Shown piece by piece: positions 1-10,935 of a stretch of DNA of 64,000 bases. The translations under genes and the position numbers were made by a program. The notes beneath the pieces were generated by a model. The model searched no databases. It was not told where the DNA came from and saw only the letters and a list, made by a program, of their open reading frames with translations. This stretch comes from Octopus sinensis (Eukaryota). How positions within the stretch are numbered: position 1 is the stretch's first letter; each line of letters begins with the position of its first letter. The stretch lies in assembly GCF_006345805.1 (NCBI RefSeq), contig NC_042999.1, forward strand, positions 76,074,001-76,138,000. Reading direction: 5' to 3'.

Positions 1-28
1 TATATATATATATATATTATTATATATG

Positions 29-99
<71 letters not shown>

Positions 100-187
100 T
101 ATGTATGCATATATGTATATTTAGATTATCTATATATGTATATATATATATATGCGTATGTATGCATATATGTATATTTAGATTATC

Positions 188-248
<61 letters not shown>

Positions 249-282
249 TATAAATATATGTATATATATGTAGATTATACAT

Positions 283-314
<32 letters not shown>

Positions 315-315
315 A
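1..315. repeat. (TA)n microsatellite with an internal 57-bp duplication
   Basis: Near-pure TA. The interruption GCGTATGTATGCATATATGTATATTTAGATTATC occurs at 97 and again at 154. Confidence 0.95.
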
Positions 316-477
316 GGTCTTCGGAATGTAAATTAAATTCATACTAAATCGTTATAATATTGTTTTGGTGAAATATATTTTTACTTTTATGGTAGTTGTC
401 AACAATTATTGACAATAAAGTTACTTCATATTTCAAAGTATTAATAACGAGAGGCACTTTAGCGAAACCACAAGACT

Positions 478-640
478 GAAGATTATTATTATTATTGTTG
501 TTGTCGTTGTTGTTATTATTATTATCATCGTTATTATTATGATATTTGTTGTTATTGCTGTTCTTCTTCTTCCTCTCTTCCTCCTACTCCTCCTTATCAT
601 CATCATCATCATCATCATCATTCTTATTGTTGTTACTGTT
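478..640. repeat. Compound trinucleotide microsatellite (ATT/GTT/CTT/ATC)
   Basis: Seen directly; explains the poly-M/T/I ORF 433..621. Confidence 0.9.
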
Positions 641-1692
641 AAGTTTTAACATGATTGTAGAAGGCTGAAAGTGTACGGGGTCAAATGAAATGTCTGCCAT
701 TCGATCAGGTTCAAATGCCGTTTGGAAGGGAAACCAAGATATATATATGCAGCAATAAAATTATATAATAAGAACTAGTCGTATAGGGAAACTGGTTCAT
801 TACCTAAACCCTCACTGCACAGAGTAATCAGTGATGAGGATTTACAACGCTTGCATGCACACACACACACAGAGACACACGAACACGCATACATACATAC
901 ATAAACGTGCTCGCGTGCATTCGTGTGTGCGCGCGTATTAGGTCTGTTTGCGTTTGATAAGTCTAAACAAATCTTTTATTTAAACTTGGAATTATTTAAA
1001 GAACCTTTGATTTTAATTTCTGGTTGTTGTATCTCCTAACCAATGAATCCTGATCTGGTCCGTCACAAACAAGCGAAGTTCTTTCTGTTTTTGTCCTACC
1101 GATAAATGAGAATTTCATATGTCAATATATCATAAGGTCGATGACAGACGTATCACGTCGGTTTTAATTAAATTCTCTTCACTTAACCACTAGCGTGTAA
1201 TGGATTTCAGTCTACAGTAAATATAGATTTTGAACTCCTAGTGGCATTTAAAAGATTGCCTTCATGAAGTCTTGCACATGACTTTTAGAGAACCCGTAGG
1301 TGTGTATCTATAAAGATTGCAGGGTAAAATAATTCCGCTCAAGTGGTTTGTTGTTCCGTATTCTAGTCTCATTGAGGGTTTTAACTCCGTAATGCAGGGA
1401 ACGTATGTTAGTGTTCTTGGTGCATAAAATTTAGAGCTGTGAGAAATAATTAACCATATGTTTTTATGTTGAGAAGCGACGATAATCATATTTAAACCAT
1501 GGGGCTTTATTTCAGAGCAACGATAAGATTTAAATATATTTGAATACTTTCACATTGGATACGTGTCGAATGTTTTGTTCAAATATAAAACGTTATAATA
1601 CAGTTCTATATATTAAGAGATGAGGAATTATGAACATTACTTATATTAATTACATTTGACGGCGGATATTTGTCCTCATCTTGTTTGTTGTT

Positions 1693-1738
1693 AACACAAC
1701 GTTTCGGTTGATATACCTTCCAGCCTTTATCAGGTGTC
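1693..1738 (-). ncRNA. Minimal type I hammerhead-ribozyme-like motif (left arm; CUGAUGA mutated to CUGAUAA)
   Basis: Minus strand reads GACAC-CTGATAA-A-GGCTG..CAACC-GAAA-CGTT-GTGTT: stem I, core, stem II, GAAA and palindromic ACGT stem III. Confidence 0.45.
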
Positions 1739-1822
1739 TTGGGGAATTTTCGAACCTGAGTTCTCATTCCGAGGGTATTTTTCGATGTTGTTACTATTAT
1801 TGCTATTATTATTATTATTATT

Positions 1823-2705
1823 CAGTAGTTTTATTTTTATAGCGTGCTTTCACTTCGCTACCGAGTGCAGCTCTGTGTGCCTTGGGTATGTGCTGTGATT
1901 TGTTGTGATGCTCTGATGGTTATTGAATGGAAAGTGTTCTGTGTAGGATGTGTGCAGTGCCTATTAGTGCAATTTTCTGTATGTTATATGTGTTTGTAAG
2001 TCCTGATGTTTTTGTTATGTATTTGTCTGAATATTTTTTTATCATGCCTAATGCACCTACTATGATAGGAATTGTTTCTGTTTTCAGATTCCACATTCTA
2101 GTTACCTCTATTTCTAGGTCTTTGTATTTTGAGAGTTTCTCCATTTCTTTTAGAGACACGTTGTCATCTGCCGGTATTGATACATCAATTAGAAAGCATT
2201 TTTTTTCTTCATGATCTCTGACAACTATATCTGGTCTGTTGGCCTTAATTTCTCTATCTGTGTGTATCGGCATATCCCAGAGTATGGTTGCTTTCTCGTT
2301 TTCTGTGACCTTTTCTGGTGTGTGCCTATACCATCTTTTTTCTGTTGTTATTCAATAATGTTGGCATAGCTTCCAATGTATGTAGGTTCCAACTCTGTCA
2401 TGTCTGTGAATATATTTCTTCTTAGCCAGGACTGGGCAGCTAGAGATAATATGATTTATTGTTTCTTGTCCATCTCCACATATTCTGCAGTTACTTGTAA
2501 TATTTCTTTTCATTACACGTTTTTGGTAATTTCTGGTGGGGAGGCTTTGGTCTTGTGCTGCAATTAAAAATCCCTCTGTTTCTGCTTTAAGTCCTGAGCT
2601 TCTCAACCATTGCTGGGATTTTTCTTTGTCTATTTCTTTTGCGTTTAGTTTAGACCAGTATTAGTTAGTCCAATATTAGTTTAGTCCAGTATTAGTCCAG
2701 TATTA
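1823..2705 (-). mobile_element. 5'-truncated R4/Dong-like non-LTR retrotransposon (restriction-like endonuclease type)
   Basis: CCHC knuckle CRICGDGQETINHIISSC (ORF 2352..2606). PD-(D/E)xK-type domain RPDIVVRD..FLIDVSIP..KEMEKLSKYKDL (ORF 1920..2273). About 100-bp 3' UTR ending in (TAA)n; (TAA)n also lies upstream. Confidence 0.9.
1920..2660 (-). pseudogene. C-terminal part of RLE-type LINE ORF (zinc knuckle plus restriction-like endonuclease), frameshifted
   Basis: Two in-track ORFs in different frames give consecutive parts of one protein, starting at about YWxKLNAKEIDKEKSQQWLRSSGLKAETEG. Confidence 0.85.
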
Positions 2706-2756
<51 letters not shown>

Positions 2757-2771
2757 TTAAATATTATTATT

Positions 2772-2895
2772 CAGGTCACTGCCTGGAATCGAACTCGAAA
2801 TCTTGGGGTTGGTAGCCCGCGCTCTTAACCACCACGGCATATGCCCACGGGCATATGGCGTAGTGGTTAAGAGCGCGTTCGATTCCAGGCAGTGA

Positions 2896-2899
<4 letters not shown>
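2772..2899. promoter_or_regulatory. Head-to-head pair of tRNA-derived heads with Pol III A/B boxes
   Basis: Right head has A box TGGCGTAGTGG and B box GTTCGATTCC, with a 24-nt deletion of the anticodon/variable region. The left head is the full-length reverse complement. Confidence 0.75.
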
Positions 2900-2963
<64 letters not shown>

Positions 2964-3028
2964 GCAATAATAGTAACAACATCGAAAAATACTCTCGGAA
3001 TGAGAACTCAGGTTCGAAATTACCCCAA

Positions 3029-3074
3029 GACACCTGATGAAGGCTGGAGGATATATCAGCCAAAACGTTGTGTT
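3029..3074 (+). ncRNA. Minimal type I hammerhead-ribozyme-like motif (right arm; GAAA mutated to AAAA)
   Basis: GACAC-CTGATGA-A-GGCTG-N10-CAGCC-AAAA-CGTT-GTGTT. Stem I GACAC/GTGTT, stem II GGCTG/CAGCC. Confidence 0.5.
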
Positions 3075-3142
3075 AACAACAAACAAGATGAGGACAAATA
3101 TCCGTCAAATGTAAATTAGCTTGCTAACCAACCACAAGTGTC

Positions 3143-3425
3143 TTCTGCTATAGCCCCGGGCCGACCAATGCCTTGTAAGTAGATTTGGTAGACGGAAACT
3201 GAAAGAAGCCTGTCGTATATATGTATATATATGTATGTGTGTGTTTGTGTGTCTGTGTTTGTCCCCCTAGCATTGCTTGACAACCGTCACTTAGCGGTTC
3301 GGCAAAAGAAACCAATAGAATAAGTACTAGGCTTACAAAGGATAAGTCCCGGGGTCGATTTGCTCGACTAAAGGCGGTGCTCCAGCATGGCCGCAGTCAA
3401 ATGACTGAAACAAGTAACAGTTTAA
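3143..3425 (+). mobile_element. Dispersed SINE-like repeat (family C), 3' part with internal TA/TG microsatellite
   Basis: Homologous to 35735-35946 (shared TTCGGCAAAAGA..GAATAAGTACTAG.CTTACAAAG..ATGGCCGC). It abuts and truncates the right arm of the palindrome. Confidence 0.7.
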
Positions 3426-6400
3426 AAGATTAATGTAAATAATAAAACGTTATCATTTTAACCGTCTGTACACCTTTATATATTTCATTAGTCATTCAGT
3501 AGTTATCTGACATGTCTAGTGGTTTTGATATTCAATAGTCATTTGACATGTCTAGTGCTTTCCACTGACTTTTAATTTAGTTCAGTATTACACAGTCACG
3601 CTTCCCTTAGTTACACAGTTCTTGGTGTCACAGTTTCGAAACCGGCGTTGGCTTACAGTGACGACAGTTTGAACTACCAGTACTGTAAGCCATCGATGCT
3701 ACCGTATAAAGGTCTGTACTTACCTAAACTAAATAAACTGAAATGTTTAGCAGTAAGTGCACAGACCAAAGACAGTGTGTATTGTCGGTGATACAATAGG
3801 GCTTGCCTAATTTTACCAACATCAGAAAGATAAAAGAAAAGTAAAAATCCGGTCGGAATATAGTTAATATTTTGCCTCTTCGAGGTAAATAGAATATGTA
3901 CCAGTAATTCACTGAAATCATTTTTGTCAACAATAAACGTCCTCAAGCCAATGACATTATGTCTGTGTAATAAAACATTATTACTAGTACTATAAAACGT
4001 CTGTGTTGATATCAACGATGTGATTACTGGAATTATATTCATAAATCTCTCAAGCGCTTTCCAAAAGATACATGTAGAAAACAATACGACGGTTTTCCAC
4101 ATTTTCGCATTCAAGGTCTCAATAGTAGTATTTATTAGTTCCAAAAGCTCTTATTGAGAATGCTTATTTTAATACCATTGAACAGATATGAAAACCATAG
4201 AGGATAGGGAAAATAATGTAGAAAAGAATAAACATTTTGATATACAGTATAATAGCCCCAGCCAACTCGACAGAAAAGGTAAAATAGGTAATTGGATTTC
4301 ACTAGAAGATTGACAAACACCAGTGTCATAATATTGAATGATATTCCTATTGTCGTTGGGGGTATATGGACGCATGAATAAAAACGAAAGTAATGGTTCG
4401 AAAAGAATTCAACAGGAGTTAAAATATTCTCAGCATGCCGAGAGATTGAACACAATAAATCAACTTGCGTTGAAAACTAGAGGTGACATTGAGAAATCTG
4501 TGAAAGAGTATAAGTGGACGGTATCATGAAAACATTTGCAACAACAGCACCGTCCAACCCACATAATTGATACCCAATTATGCATATTAGTTCTAGTATT
4601 AGTTGCAGTGTTTTATCAGTATCTACACTAATTCTTTCGACTGAATATACATGTACAGATAACATGTGCGTGCGCGCGCATGTGTGTATGTGTGTTTGCA
4701 TGTGTGCAAGACTACATCGAGTTGGTGTGCATGCATTATTTTAAAGATCTGGATATGTGAAATGCGCCCAGTCTTCTCAGTAAAATCAGAAGAGACTGCT
4801 TCAGCTAAATATAACCAGTAATAATCATTGATTTTCATTCTAATTGATGCTTCACCAGTCTCCCATGAAATCCTATCCTAAACACAATACAATCAGAATC
4901 TCCCATTACCCAATACACCCAACACCATTGAAATATATCAACATCCTCAAGCATTACCGCTACCAATAACCACAAAAATAAAAACAGTACCACTATTTCC
5001 ATCGTAAACAACTTCGCTAAAATTCCTTTATCATCATTCCTTACAATAAAAAGCAGACAATACTGTTTTCTAATGCATTTTATATCTTCAACGTATTAAA
5101 AACAGTTCTATTATTGAATACAATTCTGTTTGAGAGTCAGTTTTATAAAGGAATTTAACTGGAGCTAACATGAACACTCTAGAATGAACCGTATATCATA
5201 TTGTCTGTCCTACTGAGCTTTAGCGAATTTTTTTTCGTCCCCTATTTTTCAGAGTATTCAAGTAAGAGAAATTAATTTTTTTTTCATATCATTTCACATA
5301 TTTCTCTTCCATACTGCACCTTTCTATTTTAATAGAAAAGATGTGAACAATACCACGAGTATAATATAAGGGAAAAGAACTGATATTATTTTCTCATTCA
5401 CTCACATGTCGTTATTGAATATAATTTTCCCCTAAATAGAATTTATATCCTCCATATTCTATTACTAATAATTCCAACCGTGGTGATTATATTTACATTT
5501 TCTGTAAAGCTAAACCAGTCAATGAAGAGAGCCTGCTTCAGGCAAAGCAACTGCTATACTGTTATTGGTTAAGTGATATCAGACCACATTTAGTTACTAC
5601 TTCAATCCATCATCGTAAAATAGAACAAGCGAAAACATTAATAACGGACATTTGTGTCACCATAGTATTTTACAAAAGAACTTATGTCACGGCAATCAAC
5701 TTCGAATTCGGAGAGACTAAGTAAAGTTTCAAATGAAACCACGTTCTATATTATTCAATGGAAATCGCATTCCTTTAATGCATTACACTTTATTTCCTCT
5801 TTGGAAACCCTTTTTAGTTTTCTCACACGAACTTGCCATTTGAACTTGGTTCTCTTTTCAAAAGCGTTAATATAATATTGTTGCAATGGAGGTTGTATAA
5901 TGCTTTCCTTATATAACGTTCGTGAATAGCGACAGACATGTTTACAAAGACACACTGCTACTATTCAAAGTAAATTACACACGCTGATTACCTTTATTAT
6001 GAATTGGCATGAACATTAAAAAAAGAAAAGTAAAATAAGCAGAAAGAAAACCGTAAATTAATAGAAGGTATTTTGTAAATTCCATCGTGGTACTAATAGT
6101 CATACTACATACACAAAGTCTTTTATAATTATATATGGGTAGCCATTTTGTTACAGCTATTCTAACACCCAATGACTATGTTTCAAAGCAGTGCCTATAC
6201 ATATTCTTACTGTTTTCTTATCGGTATTAACACAATCGATATTGAATATAAATGAATAAGCAAAGTGAAATTAATATGGATCTATCTAATGGCAAAATAG
6301 TAGTTCTTTTTCATCTGCAATACTCTACGGTAATACATGCCAGTTGTGTTGATGTTTGACTAATTCCATGAGAAAAATACGATCGGAGCACGAATAGGTA

Positions 6401-7422
6401 ATATAGAGATTTAAAGACCTTCGATCAGCTGAGACTAACCAAATAATTAGAAGATAAATCAACCTCTAGAGGTGTTTATAATTACAAATCACCAAAAAAG
6501 GGACATAACTTCAATAAAATTAGTTGATCGAATAAAAACGATAGCAATAGTATTATAAACGGTCTTTAAAACCAACTGATGAAAGCACTAGTATATGTAT
6601 TGTAATTTTGGTCAACTGATCTTATTTCATTATTCTCACTATTTATTGAGTTTAAATCCCCACTGGAAGATTTTATCTACTAATTGCACAGCTAATCGAG
6701 GTTTTCAGGTCACTATGTTGCAATATACGGGAGCTTACCGTATCTGTACTTAATGTTTAGAACACTTCCCATAAGGTATTTTGCATTTGCCATATTCATT
6801 TCCAATTACATCAATAATATTGGTGAAAACTATATGACGGTTTCGATTTTCTTCTGTATCTATTTTACTTGAGGTACCTTTTGCTCTATCATTTTCTTCT
6901 TTTTTACGTTAAAGTTGTATGCATTTTCATAAAATATTTGAAAATAGATGATATACAAAAGAACTATATATCAAGGAAGAAAGCTAAAGATTTCAAGATC
7001 CTATTTGCTCCAAGTTTTCATTCTGTAAGTAAACGAAAGCCAGTAGAATCAGCCAACTAGGTATAACCTCATCCAGGTTTCCACTTACTGTGTACTCGTG
7101 ATCTTACAACCTATTTGTGATAATTGATTTCTTTTGACTAAGCACAAAAGCTGGTGACTAAAAGAAGGAAACCTTTTATGCATGTTTTTAAAAAATCTAT
7201 TATGGAGTGAAACGGTTTAAAGCAGATTGTGATTTTTGACAATTTGAACAAAAGTTCGCAGACTGCCCTTTTAGTTAATACTTGTCAATGTATCTTTTTT
7301 TATATGAAAAAAATTATTTATTTCCTGTGTATATTTGTCTTCTGAAGGATATTTTTCTTATGGATTTATCTTTAGAGAGAATATGACATCGAATTCTTTT
7401 ATCAAAAGAGTATATTATATAG

Positions 7423-7499
<77 letters not shown>

Positions 7500-10381
7500 T
7501 ATATGTGTGTGTGTGTGTATACATAAATATACATGCATATATAGACATATGCACGCACATGTATACATATATTCACCCGTGAGCGTGCAGACACATATAC
7601 TCATATATATAATTCTTGAGACTAGAACTAGTCTAATTTGTTGCAGTTTCACTGTCCTTATCCAAAAGGTAGAGCTTTTTAAGAATCTCCCGTCGCCATC
7701 ATGTTTTCGTAATGCTACAATCGTTTATTACAGCCAAATAAGTTTTTATACAATGTGAAGGCTGAATAGATATCCACAGTTGATAAACGGAGCGTTTATT
7801 TTTCAATAATCAAACAACCTGGATCTTTATATTCTGTCAAAATTATTTATCATTTCAGAAATAACATATCACATAATATGTTTTGATGAAGCATTGCCCT
7901 CTACTTTACAATTATAGTGCTGAATTTTACAATATTTCCTTGTTATTGCCGTACGATGCAATATTTTTCATAGGGAATCTTAGAACAATACCAATTGAAT
8001 GACTGTGTTGTATCGTACTAAACTAAGCTCACACGTCAAAGTAATATGTTATAGTGGTTCTGAATTTACCTAACAAATTAGTAAAGAAATCGAAAGCAGA
8101 ATTACTCTAATTAGTGATGACAGCTGAATCGTGTCACAAGTCTTATCATAAACGAGTATTTAGGGAGCATTATTAACAATATTATGCATGAAATGTAATG
8201 AGTAATTTCTTATCTAAACAAAGTGCTGTAATGTTGGAGATAAACATTCTAGAAATTAAATCATCACAGATTATTTGCTCTATCTAGCAAATTTCCTTAG
8301 GAAGGCACGAACATTGCTGCTCTCGTTATCCATGAAACCAAAATAACTTTTAATCCTTACGTGATCACGAAAAGCCAAGGATTTTATTCTCTTCATAACA
8401 ATAATGAAGTGGGATAAATATTCATTATGCATTATGTTTATCTATTTAGAAAATAAACAAAATAGACTGTTTTCTATATCTGATCAGACAGAAAATATCT
8501 GAAAATATTTCCTGTCTTGATAGAGACTATTGCAATCTAATTATGTTTCACAATGTCAGGTCAGTGCTAAAATGAAACAGCGCATAGAATAAAAATTTCT
8601 ACTTGACGACAAAGTGAAGACATTGAATTCAAATTAGAAGCATCCTTCATTAGGATTTCTTGTCAGCAAATATCTCTCATCAGTATTGAATCATACGCAT
8701 AGTTAATATGATTATACTGCAATACAATTACAATGTTTCGATTGGAACATTTATTTATAGTCTTAAAGGTCTAATGTTACAAAATGTATGAGTTCCATTA
8801 AAAATAATAAGTAAATATATTTTTGTTTTAATGGAACTGGGCTATGGCAGGAATGTGACGTATCATACAAATCAGGAATTTGAGCTATATGCTATTTTTT
8901 CAACGAATTACGTGTATACAATACTTTTTCCTGGTAGATAGTTATAACAAATCAACAGGAGTGAAAGAAAATTATCAAAACAATTTCAAAATATTTCATG
9001 TCATTCTTTAAAAGTACTTTTTAATACATATATTGTTATATTTCGTACTCAACAGGAGACACGTGGGGTGGAGAGTTGCTGAAGAGGTCATAGGATGTGT
9101 GGCGAAACATTTTCAGACAAAGGGCATAAAATAAGAACAATAATAAACCAGTGAAGAAAGAATATTTTATATGTGTGTTTATTTGTGAAGAACTAGAAAT
9201 GATCATCCCGAAATATAACAATATCTATTTCAACACGCGATTTCACATTCGGAATCTTGCAAAGCAAATAAATACACGTAACTTTTTAATACAATTTTAT
9301 TCATATTTGCAGTGAAGTTGGTGAATCCAAGTATATTGCTGAATGCTTCCCTTACTAATCCTAGATTTATGTAAGGTAAAGACTATTCTGAAAGAATTTT
9401 AAGACGGAAGAACGTTTTGAGAGCAAGTGAAATATTTTAAACACAACACAAATGTTCTAAACAAAGAAAGTCTTGTGACGGTAAAACATTCTAAAAATAA
9501 CAGTTGAATAACCTTTAAATTGCATTGTACTATTATAAAATAGGATGAATGGTACACTAGGATATGCCTGAATATAATGCATGATCCTAACAGAAGCATC
9601 TTTTCTATTATGTCTACTGAATGAAAACTAACCAAAGGCTAAACATCAACAGTAACCATTGAGATTTTAATTACAAATTATTAAGAACGTAGCGATGTCT
9701 CTATCATTTATTAGTAATTCATAATTAGAAAGTGAAACGTAAGTCAGTCTGTTTCTATCTTTGGAGAATATAGAAATTTATATTACTTATACAGCTTATA
9801 GCTGTTAGAAAACACGAAAATGCCAGCTTCATAATCTTCCTTTTACGAAACTTTAATATTAAATTCATCATAAACTTTGAAGTATTGGTTTGTCTGTCTT
9901 GTATTTTGGCTTCGTTAGAATTGATGTTCTGGGCAACAGTAAATTTTATATTTTATACTCAGTTTATGAGAGTGACATCCAATTTAGATGTATAGCTTAA
10001 AACTACTACATATGTTGTTTTGTCCCTTGCATATCAATAGTCATGTGTCATTACATTATCGCAAGTTTACACGAATATGTAAGGGAGAACTACAACATGG
10101 AATCAAAACCAAAATGTATGCTATACATCCCTTTAAGATATGTACTGAAGATATTAACGGTTAAGAGTGATCCCTCCATATTCCATTAAAAAGTATATAC
10201 AAAGAATTAATAATACAAAGAATAGATTGAAAACTAATATAACATATAAATTGTTGTACATGAAGTCTCTCAAGACTTGTAGCGTACTTTTGTTATCTGT
10301 CCCATAGAAGTGAAGGTAAAAGAAGTTCGGCATGATGTGAATTCGGAGACTTTTGGGATGGAATCTATATTCTGTGTCTGA

Positions 10382-10461
<80 letters not shown>

Positions 10462-10532
10462 GTACATTTAATCATGTTAAACCGTTAATTCCGGCACGTT
10501 TTTTCTCCCCCACCCATTTTTCTCCGTCATCC

Positions 10533-10570
10533 CTTTCTGTCGATTAGCGTAGGCTCGAAACGTCAATGAC
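10533..10570 (+). ncRNA. Degenerate hammerhead-like motif in a Penelope-like tail
   Basis: CTTT-CTGTCGA-TT-AGC-GTAG-GCT-C-GAAA-CGTC. Homologous to 56112-56150; the core has U instead of A6. Confidence 0.3.
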
Positions 10571-10935
10571 TTTTCAATTTTTCATGAGCGTCAAGCTAAC
10601 AGACCTGCAAACATGCAAGGCTTTTTACACAAATATGCAAGGCTTTTTTCTTCAAGTTTAAAATGAGGCATTACTGGCATAATTTCGTTATATCTATATT
10701 CCACAACACATAAATACATTAAAACAGAATATGCACACACACACACATAGACAAGAACAAGTGAACAAGCACACACGCACGTACAGCTCATTAGCTTTCT
10801 TCTCCTTCTCCTCCCATTTCGTGAACTGGATTTTGTCGAGTCATATCGAAAGAATACCATACTGTCCTATCCACTGAATATGGCCAATAATATTCTAAAA
10901 CGCCACAGATCGTTTCATACTTTACACACACACAG

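Larger units (their letters stand above)
1599..3118. mobile_element. Palindromic (fold-back) non-autonomous element: tail-(ATT)n-tRNA head | tRNA head-(AAT)n-tail, interrupted by an R4-like insertion
   Basis: 1650-1822 is the reverse complement of about 2940-3116 at roughly 95% identity. The central palindrome 2772-2899 is centred on GCCC-AC-GGGC (2843-2852). The left limit (~1599) is from my recollection of the family tail; arm symmetry is directly visible only from 1650. Confidence 0.8.

Noticed and set aside
48-347. Numerous long ORFs rich in YI/HT/CV/MY (also at 13-16, 21-22, 31, 36, 42, 49 and 56-59 kb)
   Set aside because: They are stop-free translations of TA, TACA, TG and AGAT microsatellites, not genes.
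2772-2846. Possible tRNA gene
   Set aside because: The acceptor stem is only partly paired, there is no Pol III terminator, and it is embedded in a repeat palindrome; treated as a tRNA-derived head.
4338-4529. 63-aa ORF with a protein-like composition
   Set aside because: Only faint resemblance to retroelement C-termini, with no diagnostic motif or splice context.
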